From positions 1-64,000 of IMG/VR virus record IMGVR_UViG_3300009508_000011: DNA of 64,000 nt; one strand, written 5' to 3'. The stretch's first letter is position 1, and the number at the start of each line of letters is the position of its first letter. Below, piece after piece: positions 30,998 through 39,266 of the stretch. The notes below the pieces were generated by a model. The model was not told where the DNA came from and ran no database searches. It worked only from the letters and a program-made list of their open reading frames with translations. A program made the position numbers and the translations under genes.

Positions 30998-32266
30998 TTA
31001 ACTAGCTCCCAGATTACTGAATTTAGCAGCAGTTACAAAGAAGTCATTATTTAGTAACTTCTCGATTGTTTGCTGTGCTTCCTTTTGCTTTAATTGGTTT
31101 CGTGTAGACGGAGATAAAACTTTCCACACCAATTGTAAAGAACCATTACGTTGAGTCATGGACTCGGTGATTGCATCAATAGCTGCAAGGTCGTCGACCA
31201 ACGCTTGTTTAGTATCTTTGTCAAGCTTCTTATTTTTAAGTTGCTCAACTAAATCACGACGAATGCGGTCTACTCTATCCTTAGGAAGGTCATACGTAGA
31301 CTCATGTGGGTTATTTGAAACAACCAACATAGCTAGTAAGATAGTAGCCGGACCACCAAAATATATAGCGGCAAAAAAGCTCAATGCTTTTAACATTTCT
31401 AGACTATAGAAGACACCAGAATTGCGATATACAGGATTACGGTTATAACGTTGGATTTTATCCAATGCAGTAACCAATGCCATACCACCACCATGCCTAG
31501 TAGCAAATTGGTCAGAGATAAATTCAAAGCCGGTAGCGTCATACATGCTAGCACCAGTCTCAGAGACAGACTTCTGAATCTCAGCTTGAAGCATTACAGT
31601 AGCTACACCTTCTTTGTTCTCCATGTTAATCAATGCTTGCTTGTCTTCAAAGGAAACATTACGTAGCTTTTCATAAGCATCTATAATCTTAACCTTGTCA
31701 GTTTTTCGTTCAGGGTAGAACAAAGCACCTACAGCGGCATTAACGGCATGATTCATTGTGATTGTCTGACCGACCATTTCAAAGTAACCAAATAGGTGAC
31801 CTAGTTCATGTAAGATAATAGCAGCTATCTCAGCACTAGACATCTTTTCAGACCTGAATAAGTTCTCAGCAACCCAGATAGAGGTTTGTACTTTACGGAA
31901 GTCTCCGTGTACCTTACCTTCTTCTAAGTCAACCCAACCTTCAACAATATCTTTACCTTTAGAAATTACGGCTAGAGCGTCCTCGTCACCATAATTCACA
32001 TTTTTCATTTTACCTAACAAGGGATGATTCTTGTCAAGCTTTGGAACGCTAGCGAAAGCACTCCAGTCAATTTCTGTTAGGCTAAGGGTAACGTTGATGT
32101 GTGTTTTCTTTTCAATCAAGTCCGCGATACCTGATTTGATTAGAGTGACTTTATTAATATCCCCTTTACGGAAAGTATCAATCAGACCAGTCAAACTTAA
32201 AAACAACACGTCACTACGCTGAACCTTAATTGCCTCAATGCCTATACCGGCAGTACGCAGATTCAT
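30998..32266 (-). CDS. Virion protein with HExxH zincin motif (gp84-like)
   Basis: AIILHELGH; distal EFISDQFATRHG (E..AD.FA-like); hydrophobic segment. Confidence 0.75.
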   Translation of the reverse strand: MNLRTAGIGIEAIKVQRSDVLFLSLTGLIDTFRKGDINKVTLIKSGIADLIEKKTHINVTLSLTEIDWSAFASVPKLDKNHPLLGKMKNVNYGDEDALAVISKGKDIVEGWVDLEEGKVHGDFRKVQTSIWVAENLFRSEKMSSAEIAAIILHELGHLFGYFEMVGQTITMNHAVNAAVGALFYPERKTDKVKIIDAYEKLRNVSFEDKQALINMENKEGVATVMLQAEIQKSVSETGASMYDATGFEFISDQFATRHGGGMALVTALDKIQRYNRNPVYRNSGVFYSLEMLKALSFFAAIYFGGPATILLAMLVVSNNPHESTYDLPKDRVDRIRRDLVEQLKNKKLDKDTKQALVDDLAAIDAITESMTQRNGSLQLVWKVLSPSTRNQLKQKEAQQTIEKLLNNDFFVTAAKFSNLGAS

Positions 32267-32553
32267 TTGGGATAACTCCTTGCAAGGTTAGTGTTTGTGC
32301 AATTGCATAACATAATGAGTTTTTCTTATTTAGTCGACACATAACCCAGTCCTTAGAGACTGGTAATACTTAGTGTAGTATACTTACTATCTTTTATTTA
32401 AGGCATAGTAATCCCTAATCCACTAGTTATATACTAACGTATAAACTATTGTCTTGGCGTTCACCTAAACGATAACTATTTTGAGTATTTTTTTAAAATC
32501 AACTAAATCTAGAAACCAAAAAAAAAAGAATCCCGGAAGATTCTTAATTTTAG

Positions 32554-32892
32554 TTATGCGTCGTGCATATCGAATACGCCGTCTATGGTCAATTCATTGT
32601 ATTTACTTAAGAAAGATAAAAGCTCATCCACTTGTTCATCCGATGTAATAACGGTAACCTTTATATCATTGAATTTATTAACTGGGAATGTTGCATAATG
32701 TACAAATTCATTAATTTCGTGCATTAACGGTTTAAGGTCTTCGTCCATAGTCTTAATTGAAACCGTAACCTCCTTTCCATTTGGGCGTCCCATAACGGAT
32801 AGTCCCTTGGCAAAGGCACTTGGAGTTAAGACCTTTTTCTCGACCAATAATTCTTGCATTGTTAGTACGTGTTTCTTTACATTTTTCATCAT
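32554..32892 (-). CDS. Accessory early protein, paralogue of 53052-53363
   Basis: 112 aa behind the 46-bp cassette; aligns by eye with the 53052 ORF. Confidence 0.8.
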   Translation of the reverse strand: MMKNVKKHVLTMQELLVEKKVLTPSAFAKGLSVMGRPNGKEVTVSIKTMDEDLKPLMHEINEFVHYATFPVNKFNDIKVTVITSDEQVDELLSFLSKYNELTIDGVFDMHDA

Positions 32893-32924
32893 CTTTTCCT
32901 TTTATTTAAGATTAATATATTAAG

Positions 32925-32970
32925 TCACTAATGTAATATGTATCTATCGTTTTCTGGGAACGACAAAAAA
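32925..32970 (-). promoter_or_regulatory. 46-bp early promoter/stem-loop cassette, copy 1
   Basis: TCACTAATGTAATATGTATCTATCGTTTTCTGGGAACGACAAAAAA; minus strand holds CATATTAC. Confidence 0.8.
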
Positions 32971-33014
32971 TACTGAGCCACTTCTTGTTATAGACCAATC
33001 TAAAGAGTTAAATC

Positions 33015-33248
33015 ATGGGGTTAGAATCATCACCAATAGACCCAGAACAATTAAAGTTCGGGGACACAATTTATTCCCATAAAGGACATAGACCATTTGT
33101 GGTTATGGGGTTTTGTAAATACGCACTTGACTGTAGTATCACTATGGTTAAATTTGTTAATGTTAAAGCTACTGCTGATACGCCACCCGGTCAAGAGTGG
33201 GTGTTAGACCTATCAACAGTTCTAAAGATGTTTGTTAAGGATATTTAA
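33015..33248 (+). CDS. Small hypothetical protein (SH3-like/DUF1653-like pattern)
   Basis: GDTIYSHKGHRPFVVMG pattern; coupled to the polymerase start. Confidence 0.6.
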   Translation: MGLESSPIDPEQLKFGDTIYSHKGHRPFVVMGFCKYALDCSITMVKFVNVKATADTPPGQEWVLDLSTVLKMFVKDI

Positions 33249-33249
33249 A

Positions 33250-35031
33250 ATGAGTAATTTACCAAAAGGTGTTAAAGGTTACGAGTGTAAACACGCCTTC
33301 TACACAGAAGCTACTGATAAGTCAAAAGACGACATAGTCTTAGTTAAACGTAATGTTCACCATGAAGACGGTACGATTACTCCAGAAGTAACCTTTGTGG
33401 AAAACTATGAGCGTGAGTTCTGGGTTGTCAATGAAGCACACCGTACCTACACTGAAAAGAAAGCGTGGGAAGATGAATTCAAATGTCGTAAGTTTAAAAC
33501 TCGTCAAAGTTACCTTACCGATAAAGTTACTCGTGCTTTAGGCCGTAGTCCTAGTGGTTGGGTTAGTAAGTCTATCCTATTCCGTTCACCTTACGTGTAT
33601 GGGGCAGATATAACAACCTCTGCTTTAATCAAGCGAGCATACATGGATAAGTTTGAAGATTGTACTTCTGAATCTACCATGGGCGTAATGGATATCGAGA
33701 CCGATGTTGTTAATGGTAACGGTAGTGAGATAATTTCTGCCTCATTTACTTTCCGCGATAATATTTACCTTGCCTACACTGAAAAGTTCATGGGTAAGGT
33801 TATGGACTACTCTAAGAAACTACAAGAGAAATATGAGTTCTATATCTCAGGCCTTGCTGATGATTTAGATAAAGTCTTACAGGGTAATGAAATCACTAAG
33901 AAGCGCAGACAGGTACTTGAACGTGCTCAGGCTACCTTACGTGCTCGTTCTAAAGTTAAGATACACACAAAGCTTGTGGGGAGTCCTGCACAGGTAACTA
34001 ACTATGTATTTAACGCAGCCCATGAACATAAGCCAGACTTCATTGCTTTCTGGAACATGAACTTCGATTTACCCAAAATGATTGCTTCCTTAGAACAAGC
34101 TGGAGTAGACCCTAAGCATGTTTTCTGTGAACCAACTTTACCTGAGAGATATAAACGTTTCAACTATAGAGCTGGTCAAGCCATTAAGCAAATTGCTGGT
34201 GGACGTACAATGTCTAAACATCCTGCCGACCTTTGGCATGTTGTTGATGCACCTGCATCATTCTACTTAATCGATGCTATGTCAGTATTTAAACAGGTAC
34301 GTGTAACCGAGGGTAACCGTAATAGTTATTCGTTAGATGCAATACTAACAGGTGAACTGAACCTTGGTAAACTTAAGTTTACTGAAGCAGACCACCTTAC
34401 TGGTCTAGATTGGCACGTATTCATGCAGACCAACTACAAACTAGAATATCTTATCTATAACATCTTTGACTGTATGTCAATTGAAATCTTAGATGATAAA
34501 AATAAAGATATTGCGCTAACGGTACCTACTCTTTGTCAGCATTCTGACTACGCTAGATTCCCTAGTACACCTAGACGCCTGTGTGACGACATGCACTTCT
34601 TCTTGAAGCAACACAAGAAAGTTATATCTACAACATCAGATGCCATGTCTGAAGATTTAGATAAATACGTTGTTGGCTCTAACGATTGGATTGTTACACT
34701 ACCTAGTCACTTGGTTGCAGATAACGGTCTTAAGTTATTAGATGAAGCACCGCATATAAGTTCAATGCTTCGTGTACACGTTGCCGACCTAGATGTTGCG
34801 TCTAGTTACCCTAACACAGGTTCTTTCATGAACATGTCAATGGAAACTACTAAACGTGAATTGGTTGGTGTTGGTGATATTAGTGAGTACGATAAACGCA
34901 TGTCTGGTTTGAACCTAACCGCCGCACGTACTAACGCAGTGGAATGTGCTGGTACATTCTTTAAGTTCCCTACCATGGATTCAATGTTAACTGAATTCCG
35001 TAAACAAAGAGAAGCTGGAGAATTACAGTAA
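33250..35031 (+). CDS. Split family-B DNA polymerase, exonuclease plus motif-A subunit (gp82-like)
   Basis: ExoI MDIETD, ExoII FWNMNFD, ExoIII YNIFDC, motif A DLDVASSYP; motifs B/C absent. Confidence 0.88.
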   Translation: MSNLPKGVKGYECKHAFYTEATDKSKDDIVLVKRNVHHEDGTITPEVTFVENYEREFWVVNEAHRTYTEKKAWEDEFKCRKFKTRQSYLTDKVTRALGRSPSGWVSKSILFRSPYVYGADITTSALIKRAYMDKFEDCTSESTMGVMDIETDVVNGNGSEIISASFTFRDNIYLAYTEKFMGKVMDYSKKLQEKYEFYISGLADDLDKVLQGNEITKKRRQVLERAQATLRARSKVKIHTKLVGSPAQVTNYVFNAAHEHKPDFIAFWNMNFDLPKMIASLEQAGVDPKHVFCEPTLPERYKRFNYRAGQAIKQIAGGRTMSKHPADLWHVVDAPASFYLIDAMSVFKQVRVTEGNRNSYSLDAILTGELNLGKLKFTEADHLTGLDWHVFMQTNYKLEYLIYNIFDCMSIEILDDKNKDIALTVPTLCQHSDYARFPSTPRRLCDDMHFFLKQHKKVISTTSDAMSEDLDKYVVGSNDWIVTLPSHLVADNGLKLLDEAPHISSMLRVHVADLDVASSYPNTGSFMNMSMETTKRELVGVGDISEYDKRMSGLNLTAARTNAVECAGTFFKFPTMDSMLTEFRKQREAGELQ

Positions 35032-35050
35032 GAGGCAAAAAAAAATAAGT

Positions 35051-35080
35051 GGAGAGCTTCGGCTCTCCCTTATGCCGTAT
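35051..35080. terminator. Bidirectional terminator plus TTATGCCGT; 30 bp identical to 43507-43536
   Basis: GGAGAGC-TTCG-GCTCTCC CTTATGCCGTAT. Confidence 0.9.
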
Positions 35081-35134
35081 AAACTTTATGTCCAGTTTCT
35101 ATTAGTTATAGAACATTCAAATTTATAGAATTCA

Positions 35135-35542
35135 CTAAACATCCCGCTCTCCGTTACCAATACGCTTAAGGTTATTGTCATCGTAGAAGTTATCTACCTT
35201 AGCCATAGTCCAAGCTAACTTGAATCGTGTCCACCACCTTAAAGGCTTAACACGCATTCTACGTTTAGCTTCTCTGTACTTCCTGCCATTTCCAAACTCA
35301 AACATGTACTGACCAGAATAATACTTAACTTCAATAAACCAAAAGTTTATGAACATAAAGTTCATGAGGATAGTATCCCCATCACGTAACCACCTAGCTG
35401 AGGTGTCCCTTTCTAAGACGTCGCTAAGTTTATAAGAGGCCTCAATCGCTTCCTCTAATGCAGCTATTTCTTCTTCATTTAAATCCAATTTTTTATTACC
35501 CACGAAGTCTCTCCTTTTATTTAAACGGTATAGACGAGGCAC
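35135..35542 (-). CDS. Hypothetical protein
   Basis: 135-aa ORF; start uncertain. Confidence 0.6.
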   Translation of the reverse strand: MPRLYRLNKRRDFVGNKKLDLNEEEIAALEEAIEASYKLSDVLERDTSARWLRDGDTILMNFMFINFWFIEVKYYSGQYMFEFGNGRKYREAKRRMRVKPLRWWTRFKLAWTMAKVDNFYDDNNLKRIGNGERDV

Positions 35543-35565
35543 TAGGCCTCGCTATTTATTGGGTG

Positions 35566-35946
35566 TTAAACTTCTGGTTCAGGTGGTGGCTCTACAGGAG
35601 CAACTGTTGTTGTAACAGTGCGGTAAGCATAGCCATTTTCATCTCCAGTGCGTTGATAGAAATCGCCACGATAGCAAAGTAATGTAGTAACTGCATCGGT
35701 AACTTCTTCAAGACCATCTTCTAACCCATCATCAAATGCTTGCTTGATGTAGTCGTCAGAATCAATTGCTTCCGCAGGAACTTCGTACACAGTAGTAGAT
35801 TCTGGAATAGAACCATATACCTTACCATCAATGATGCCTTTAAGTACCATAGGACGCTTGGTATTTAGATTTACGGTGTGGTCCATTTCCACGAATTGGT
35901 CTGTGATTGCCGGGTCGTTAATTAAAATCAATTCAACTTTATCCAC
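35566..35946 (-). CDS. Hypothetical acidic protein
   Basis: GTG start with AGGAG RBS; 126 aa. Confidence 0.75.
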   Translation of the reverse strand: MDKVELILINDPAITDQFVEMDHTVNLNTKRPMVLKGIIDGKVYGSIPESTTVYEVPAEAIDSDDYIKQAFDDGLEDGLEEVTDAVTTLLCYRGDFYQRTGDENGYAYRTVTTTVAPVEPPPEPEV

Positions 35947-35959
35947 GAGTTTCTCCTAG

Positions 35960-36901
35960 TTAGAATATTAGTAGTTGACCAACCTCTATCAGAGAAGGGT
36001 CTTTAATATCGTTCTTTGCAACCAGTTCACCTACGGTTGTATTAAGACGACGTGCTATAGAATAAAGGGTATCCCCATTGGTAACTAGATATAAGTTCTC
36101 AGTTACGTCTATAAAGGTACCATATTTAAGAGTGGTGTAGCTAACACCATTGACAGACATAAGAACTTCTGGGTGTATATTGTACATCTCAGCAATCTCT
36201 CCAATGGTATCGCCACGTTGTACATAATACTTGGTTCCGTTAACAAACCCCATGATGTCCTGAACATATGCTCTGGTCTCACGGAAGTTAGGTAATAGGT
36301 AACCACCATTAACCTTGCGTAGGTTATTAGGCCCTGCATTGTACGCACCCAAAACAATCTTAAGTGTGTACTCACTATGTTCAGATAAAGGCTTATCGAA
36401 TAGTAAGTCGTGTAGGTAAGCTAGATAACGAGCAGCGGCATCTGCCGACTCAAAGTTATCCATTATGTTTTCAACACCAAGGAAGTTAGCAGTACGGGGA
36501 CGTATCTGAAACATACCTTTAGCATTACGGTGAGATACCCTAGTATTATCTAGATGTGTCTCTTTCATACCCATACCTAGGAGTACTTTACCCGGTAGAC
36601 CATATTGATAACCTATAACATCCAACTCATCTATAGTTGGTACATCATCTGGATATCTGTTAAACGTAACAGCAGTTACCTTAACGTCTTCTACTATTAC
36701 TTCTTCTTCAACCACAGGTTCCTCAACCTTAGGTTCTATTTTTACTGGTTCAGGAGCCGCAACTGGCTCCACCTTTACTACTGCTGGTTCTATTACTTTA
36801 GGTTCATGTAAGTATTCAGATAACATCCATGTAGTCATCACCGCAATAATTATCGTCGTTACAAACGAGTAACGGGTTAGGGTCTTCTTTAGCATTTTCA
36901 T
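35960..36901 (-). CDS. Membrane-anchored SLT lytic transglycosylase with two LysM domains
   Basis: N-terminal TM; KETH catalytic Glu, AKGMFQI, YNAGP; YYVQRGDTIGEIA and YLVTNGDTLYSIA LysM repeats. Confidence 0.9.
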   Translation of the reverse strand: MKMLKKTLTRYSFVTTIIIAVMTTWMLSEYLHEPKVIEPAVVKVEPVAAPEPVKIEPKVEEPVVEEEVIVEDVKVTAVTFNRYPDDVPTIDELDVIGYQYGLPGKVLLGMGMKETHLDNTRVSHRNAKGMFQIRPRTANFLGVENIMDNFESADAAARYLAYLHDLLFDKPLSEHSEYTLKIVLGAYNAGPNNLRKVNGGYLLPNFRETRAYVQDIMGFVNGTKYYVQRGDTIGEIAEMYNIHPEVLMSVNGVSYTTLKYGTFIDVTENLYLVTNGDTLYSIARRLNTTVGELVAKNDIKDPSLIEVGQLLIF

Positions 36902-36906
36902 ATCTC

Positions 36907-37161
36907 CTATACTAAAGTATATAATACAGAAAGTTCAGAATTAACTTCTTTAACTTCTTGGTTTCTGTATTTATTTAAGTGAGTAATCACTTGGTTTATT
37001 TTCTCTTTTATTTCTTTACGTGTTTTAGAGCTAACAATCCATTTGATATACTGTAAGATTTTGGCAGCCGTAGCAGCCTTAAGAGTATTGCATGTATCAG
37101 TACTCACAATAACAAGAGAGCTATGTAGAGTCTGTATACGAGTTTTAAATATGTTTGACAT
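36907..37161 (-). CDS. Small basic accessory early protein
   Basis: 84 aa behind cassette copy 2; AAGGA RBS. Confidence 0.75.
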   Translation of the reverse strand: MSNIFKTRIQTLHSSLVIVSTDTCNTLKAATAAKILQYIKWIVSSKTRKEIKEKINQVITHLNKYRNQEVKEVNSELSVLYTLV

Positions 37162-37222
37162 GACGATTTCCTTTTATTTAATCGCTATAAAATTAATGGG
37201 TTGAGTATATTTTCATACTACT

Positions 37223-37268
37223 TCACTAATGTAATATGTATCTATCGTTTTCTGGGAACGACAAAAAA
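37223..37268 (-). promoter_or_regulatory. 46-bp early promoter/stem-loop cassette, copy 2
   Basis: Identical to 32925-32970. Confidence 0.8.
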
Positions 37269-37272
37269 ATAA

Positions 37273-37292
37273 GGAGGGACCGAAGTCCCTCC
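37273..37292 (-). terminator. Terminator abutting the cassette
   Basis: GGAGGGAC-CGAA-GTCCCTCC. Confidence 0.85.
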
Positions 37293-37349
37293 CTGTCCAA
37301 GTCGGACAATGCTGTGGGCTCCAGAGAGATACAACCCACATAACATTGA

Positions 37350-37784
37350 CTACTTAGCTATACGTTTACGAATGGTTACAGAGGTGATTGAATCTATGCG
37401 GTTAATCCAACTGAAGTCAAACTCTTCTATAGTATCTTCAGGTGGTGCCATAGAGGTACTTTTAAACACATCACGGCAATCGGAGTACCTTTCAATTCCT
37501 CTAATGGTAGTGATGTAAATAATAAAATCGCCAGTGTCTATTTCTAACTCAGCAACTTTGACATTAGGCTTTTTAATCTCAACCAGTACGATTGCTTCCA
37601 ACTCCCCACGAATGAGAGCTTCCAATTTATCATAATCGATAACTCTTTTCTGGCCGCTGTCAGTGTTATGTTCATTAATGAAGTTCTTCCATGCTCCCTT
37701 GAAATTAACAACTTCAACTGGAGAGAATTCAAATGAGGTATCCTCATCATTTCTTAAAACCTTTCTTACCTTTATAGGGTACAT
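37350..37784 (-). CDS. Accessory hypothetical protein
   Basis: 144 aa; AAGGAAAAG RBS; CATATTATAC early-like motif near 37833-37842. Confidence 0.75.
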   Translation of the reverse strand: MYPIKVRKVLRNDEDTSFEFSPVEVVNFKGAWKNFINEHNTDSGQKRVIDYDKLEALIRGELEAIVLVEIKKPNVKVAELEIDTGDFIIYITTIRGIERYSDCRDVFKSTSMAPPEDTIEEFDFSWINRIDSITSVTIRKRIAK

Positions 37785-37877
37785 ATTACTTTCCTTTTAC
37801 ACAGTACTAAGTTTAATGCTTTATTGCACTAGTATAATATGTGTTTGTTATTGTTTATAATTAAAGGTGTAGGTATA

Positions 37878-38021
37878 ATGAAGAAACGAAGACTTCTTCT
37901 AGCATTACTTTTCGTATCACCGTTGTTAATAACCCCAGCTACCATTTTACTAGAACCAATGCACGGTGCGGATATGATAGATGGTTGGGTTGAGAGAACA
38001 ACAGATACTAGATATGCATAG
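37878..38021 (+). CDS. Small signal-peptide/membrane protein (47 aa)
   Basis: MKKRRLLLALLFVSPLLITPA; AGGT RBS; hairpin downstream. Confidence 0.55.
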   Translation: MKKRRLLLALLFVSPLLITPATILLEPMHGADMIDGWVERTTDTRYA

Positions 38022-38029
38022 ATGTCATA

Positions 38030-38055
38030 AGTAGGAGTCCCAACGGACTCCTACT
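38030..38055. terminator. Bidirectional terminator followed by TTATGCCGT
   Basis: AGTAGGAGTCC-CAAC-GGACTCCTACT. Confidence 0.85.
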
Positions 38056-38071
38056 CACTTATGCCGTTTAA

Positions 38072-38803
38072 CTACTTAGAACTGTAGAAACCACGAACCT
38101 TCTGACCAATGTCAGCTGTATATTCACTCAATAACGTATCGAATGAAATAGCTTTCAATGCAGCACCACGACCTTCTTTATCCGCAGTAGAAGACATCAA
38201 TACTAAGATGTTTTCGAAACGAGCACGAGAGGCAGGTGGAATACGCATTTCATTGAAACCACGGAATAACATGTTATCTGCGAACGTACCTGGGTACTCA
38301 GCCATGATATCCAAAGCACTACCGAACACTTCAGTAAATGCAGCACCTTCAAGGTTGTTAATGATTGCACTAATCGCTTGGTACAATTTCATTTGATTAC
38401 GTAAAATTGTTAACTTGTCATTAGGCTTGTTAGGAGCCATTGTAACAGCGTATTCAAGAATTGTTTGACAGTTAGGGTTTAACTCAGCTTTAACTTCTTC
38501 TGAGATTGTTTCTAACTCAACAGCAGGACTAGCAGGAGTTTCCTGACTATCACCAGCAGGCGGTGGAGTTTGCTCAGTGTCGTCGCCAGCAGGTGGGATA
38601 ACTACTGTTTCTTCAGAACCAGCCGCAGGACCTTCTTCGTCACCACTACCTTCAGTAGGAGTTCCTTCAGCAGGTTTGTTGTTAGATACTTGTTCAGGTG
38701 TGCCACCCGTTTGTTCAGTACCTTCAACTTTAGTTTCGGTGTTTTGCTCGTCACCAGATTTAACTTCTTGCTCTTTAGCAACTGTTTGTTTTTTTCTAGA
38801 CAT
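38072..38803 (-). CDS. Conserved hypothetical protein with disordered P/E/T-rich N-terminus
   Basis: ATG 38803 with GGAG; folded C-terminal half (EYAVTMAPNKP...NQMKLYQAI). Confidence 0.75.
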   Translation of the reverse strand: MSRKKQTVAKEQEVKSGDEQNTETKVEGTEQTGGTPEQVSNNKPAEGTPTEGSGDEEGPAAGSEETVVIPPAGDDTEQTPPPAGDSQETPASPAVELETISEEVKAELNPNCQTILEYAVTMAPNKPNDKLTILRNQMKLYQAISAIINNLEGAAFTEVFGSALDIMAEYPGTFADNMLFRGFNEMRIPPASRARFENILVLMSSTADKEGRGAALKAISFDTLLSEYTADIGQKVRGFYSSK

Positions 38804-38816
38804 TCTCATATCTCCG

Positions 38817-39266
38817 TTAGTTATCATTCATTTCGTCTTCGAGGTCTTGTAGGGCATTGTTCTTCTCTTTAGATATCTCTAAAGCAACATCCATGATGTG
38901 CTCAGCTATATCACGAGGCAACTCCATAAATTCATTCAAGGACAAACCAAAAGTTTTAGCGATGTTACGCTTACCAAACTTACGAATGGCATCATATAGT
39001 AAGCTGTCAGGACTGACCTGCTCAGCTGGATACATCTTAACGTAATCCAAGCCAGTAACATCTCTGTCATCGTAATTAGCTATACCATACGCTGTGTCGT
39101 AAGCCTCTACTTGCAAAGTCTTTGCGAGCAAAGTACTAATACCGGTTTGGGTTTCGAAAAGGTTGCTAAGTTCTTTACCGTACTCAACACCCCTCTCTAA
39201 TCCAAATTTAGTATCTATGACAGAGGTCGGCTTACCGTCGACTGAATTCTTTGCTCGCAGAGGGTA
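38817..39266 (-). CDS. Tail/baseplate assembly chaperone-like C-terminal ORF, probably reached by -1 frameshift
   Basis: Frame open from 39311 with no ATG/GTG/TTG before TTG 39131 and no RBS there; FGLSLNEFMELP resembles T4 gp51/tail-chaperone T motifs. Confidence 0.55.
   Translation of the reverse strand, partial: YPLRAKNSVDGKPTSVIDTKFGLERGVEYGKELSNLFETQTGISTLLAKTLQVEAYDTAYGIANYDDRDVTGLDYVKMYPAEQVSPDSLLYDAIRKFGKRNIAKTFGLSLNEFMELPRDIAEHIMDVALEISKEKNNALQDLEDEMNDN

Noticed and set aside
33250-35031. DNA polymerase lacking motifs B and C as a truncated pseudogene
   Set aside because: phiKZ-like phages encode a split polB; the other half (gp50-like) is expected outside this window
37309-37518. 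Plus-strand 69-aa ORF
   Set aside because: Overlaps the well-supported minus-strand gene 37350-37784 and lacks an RBS
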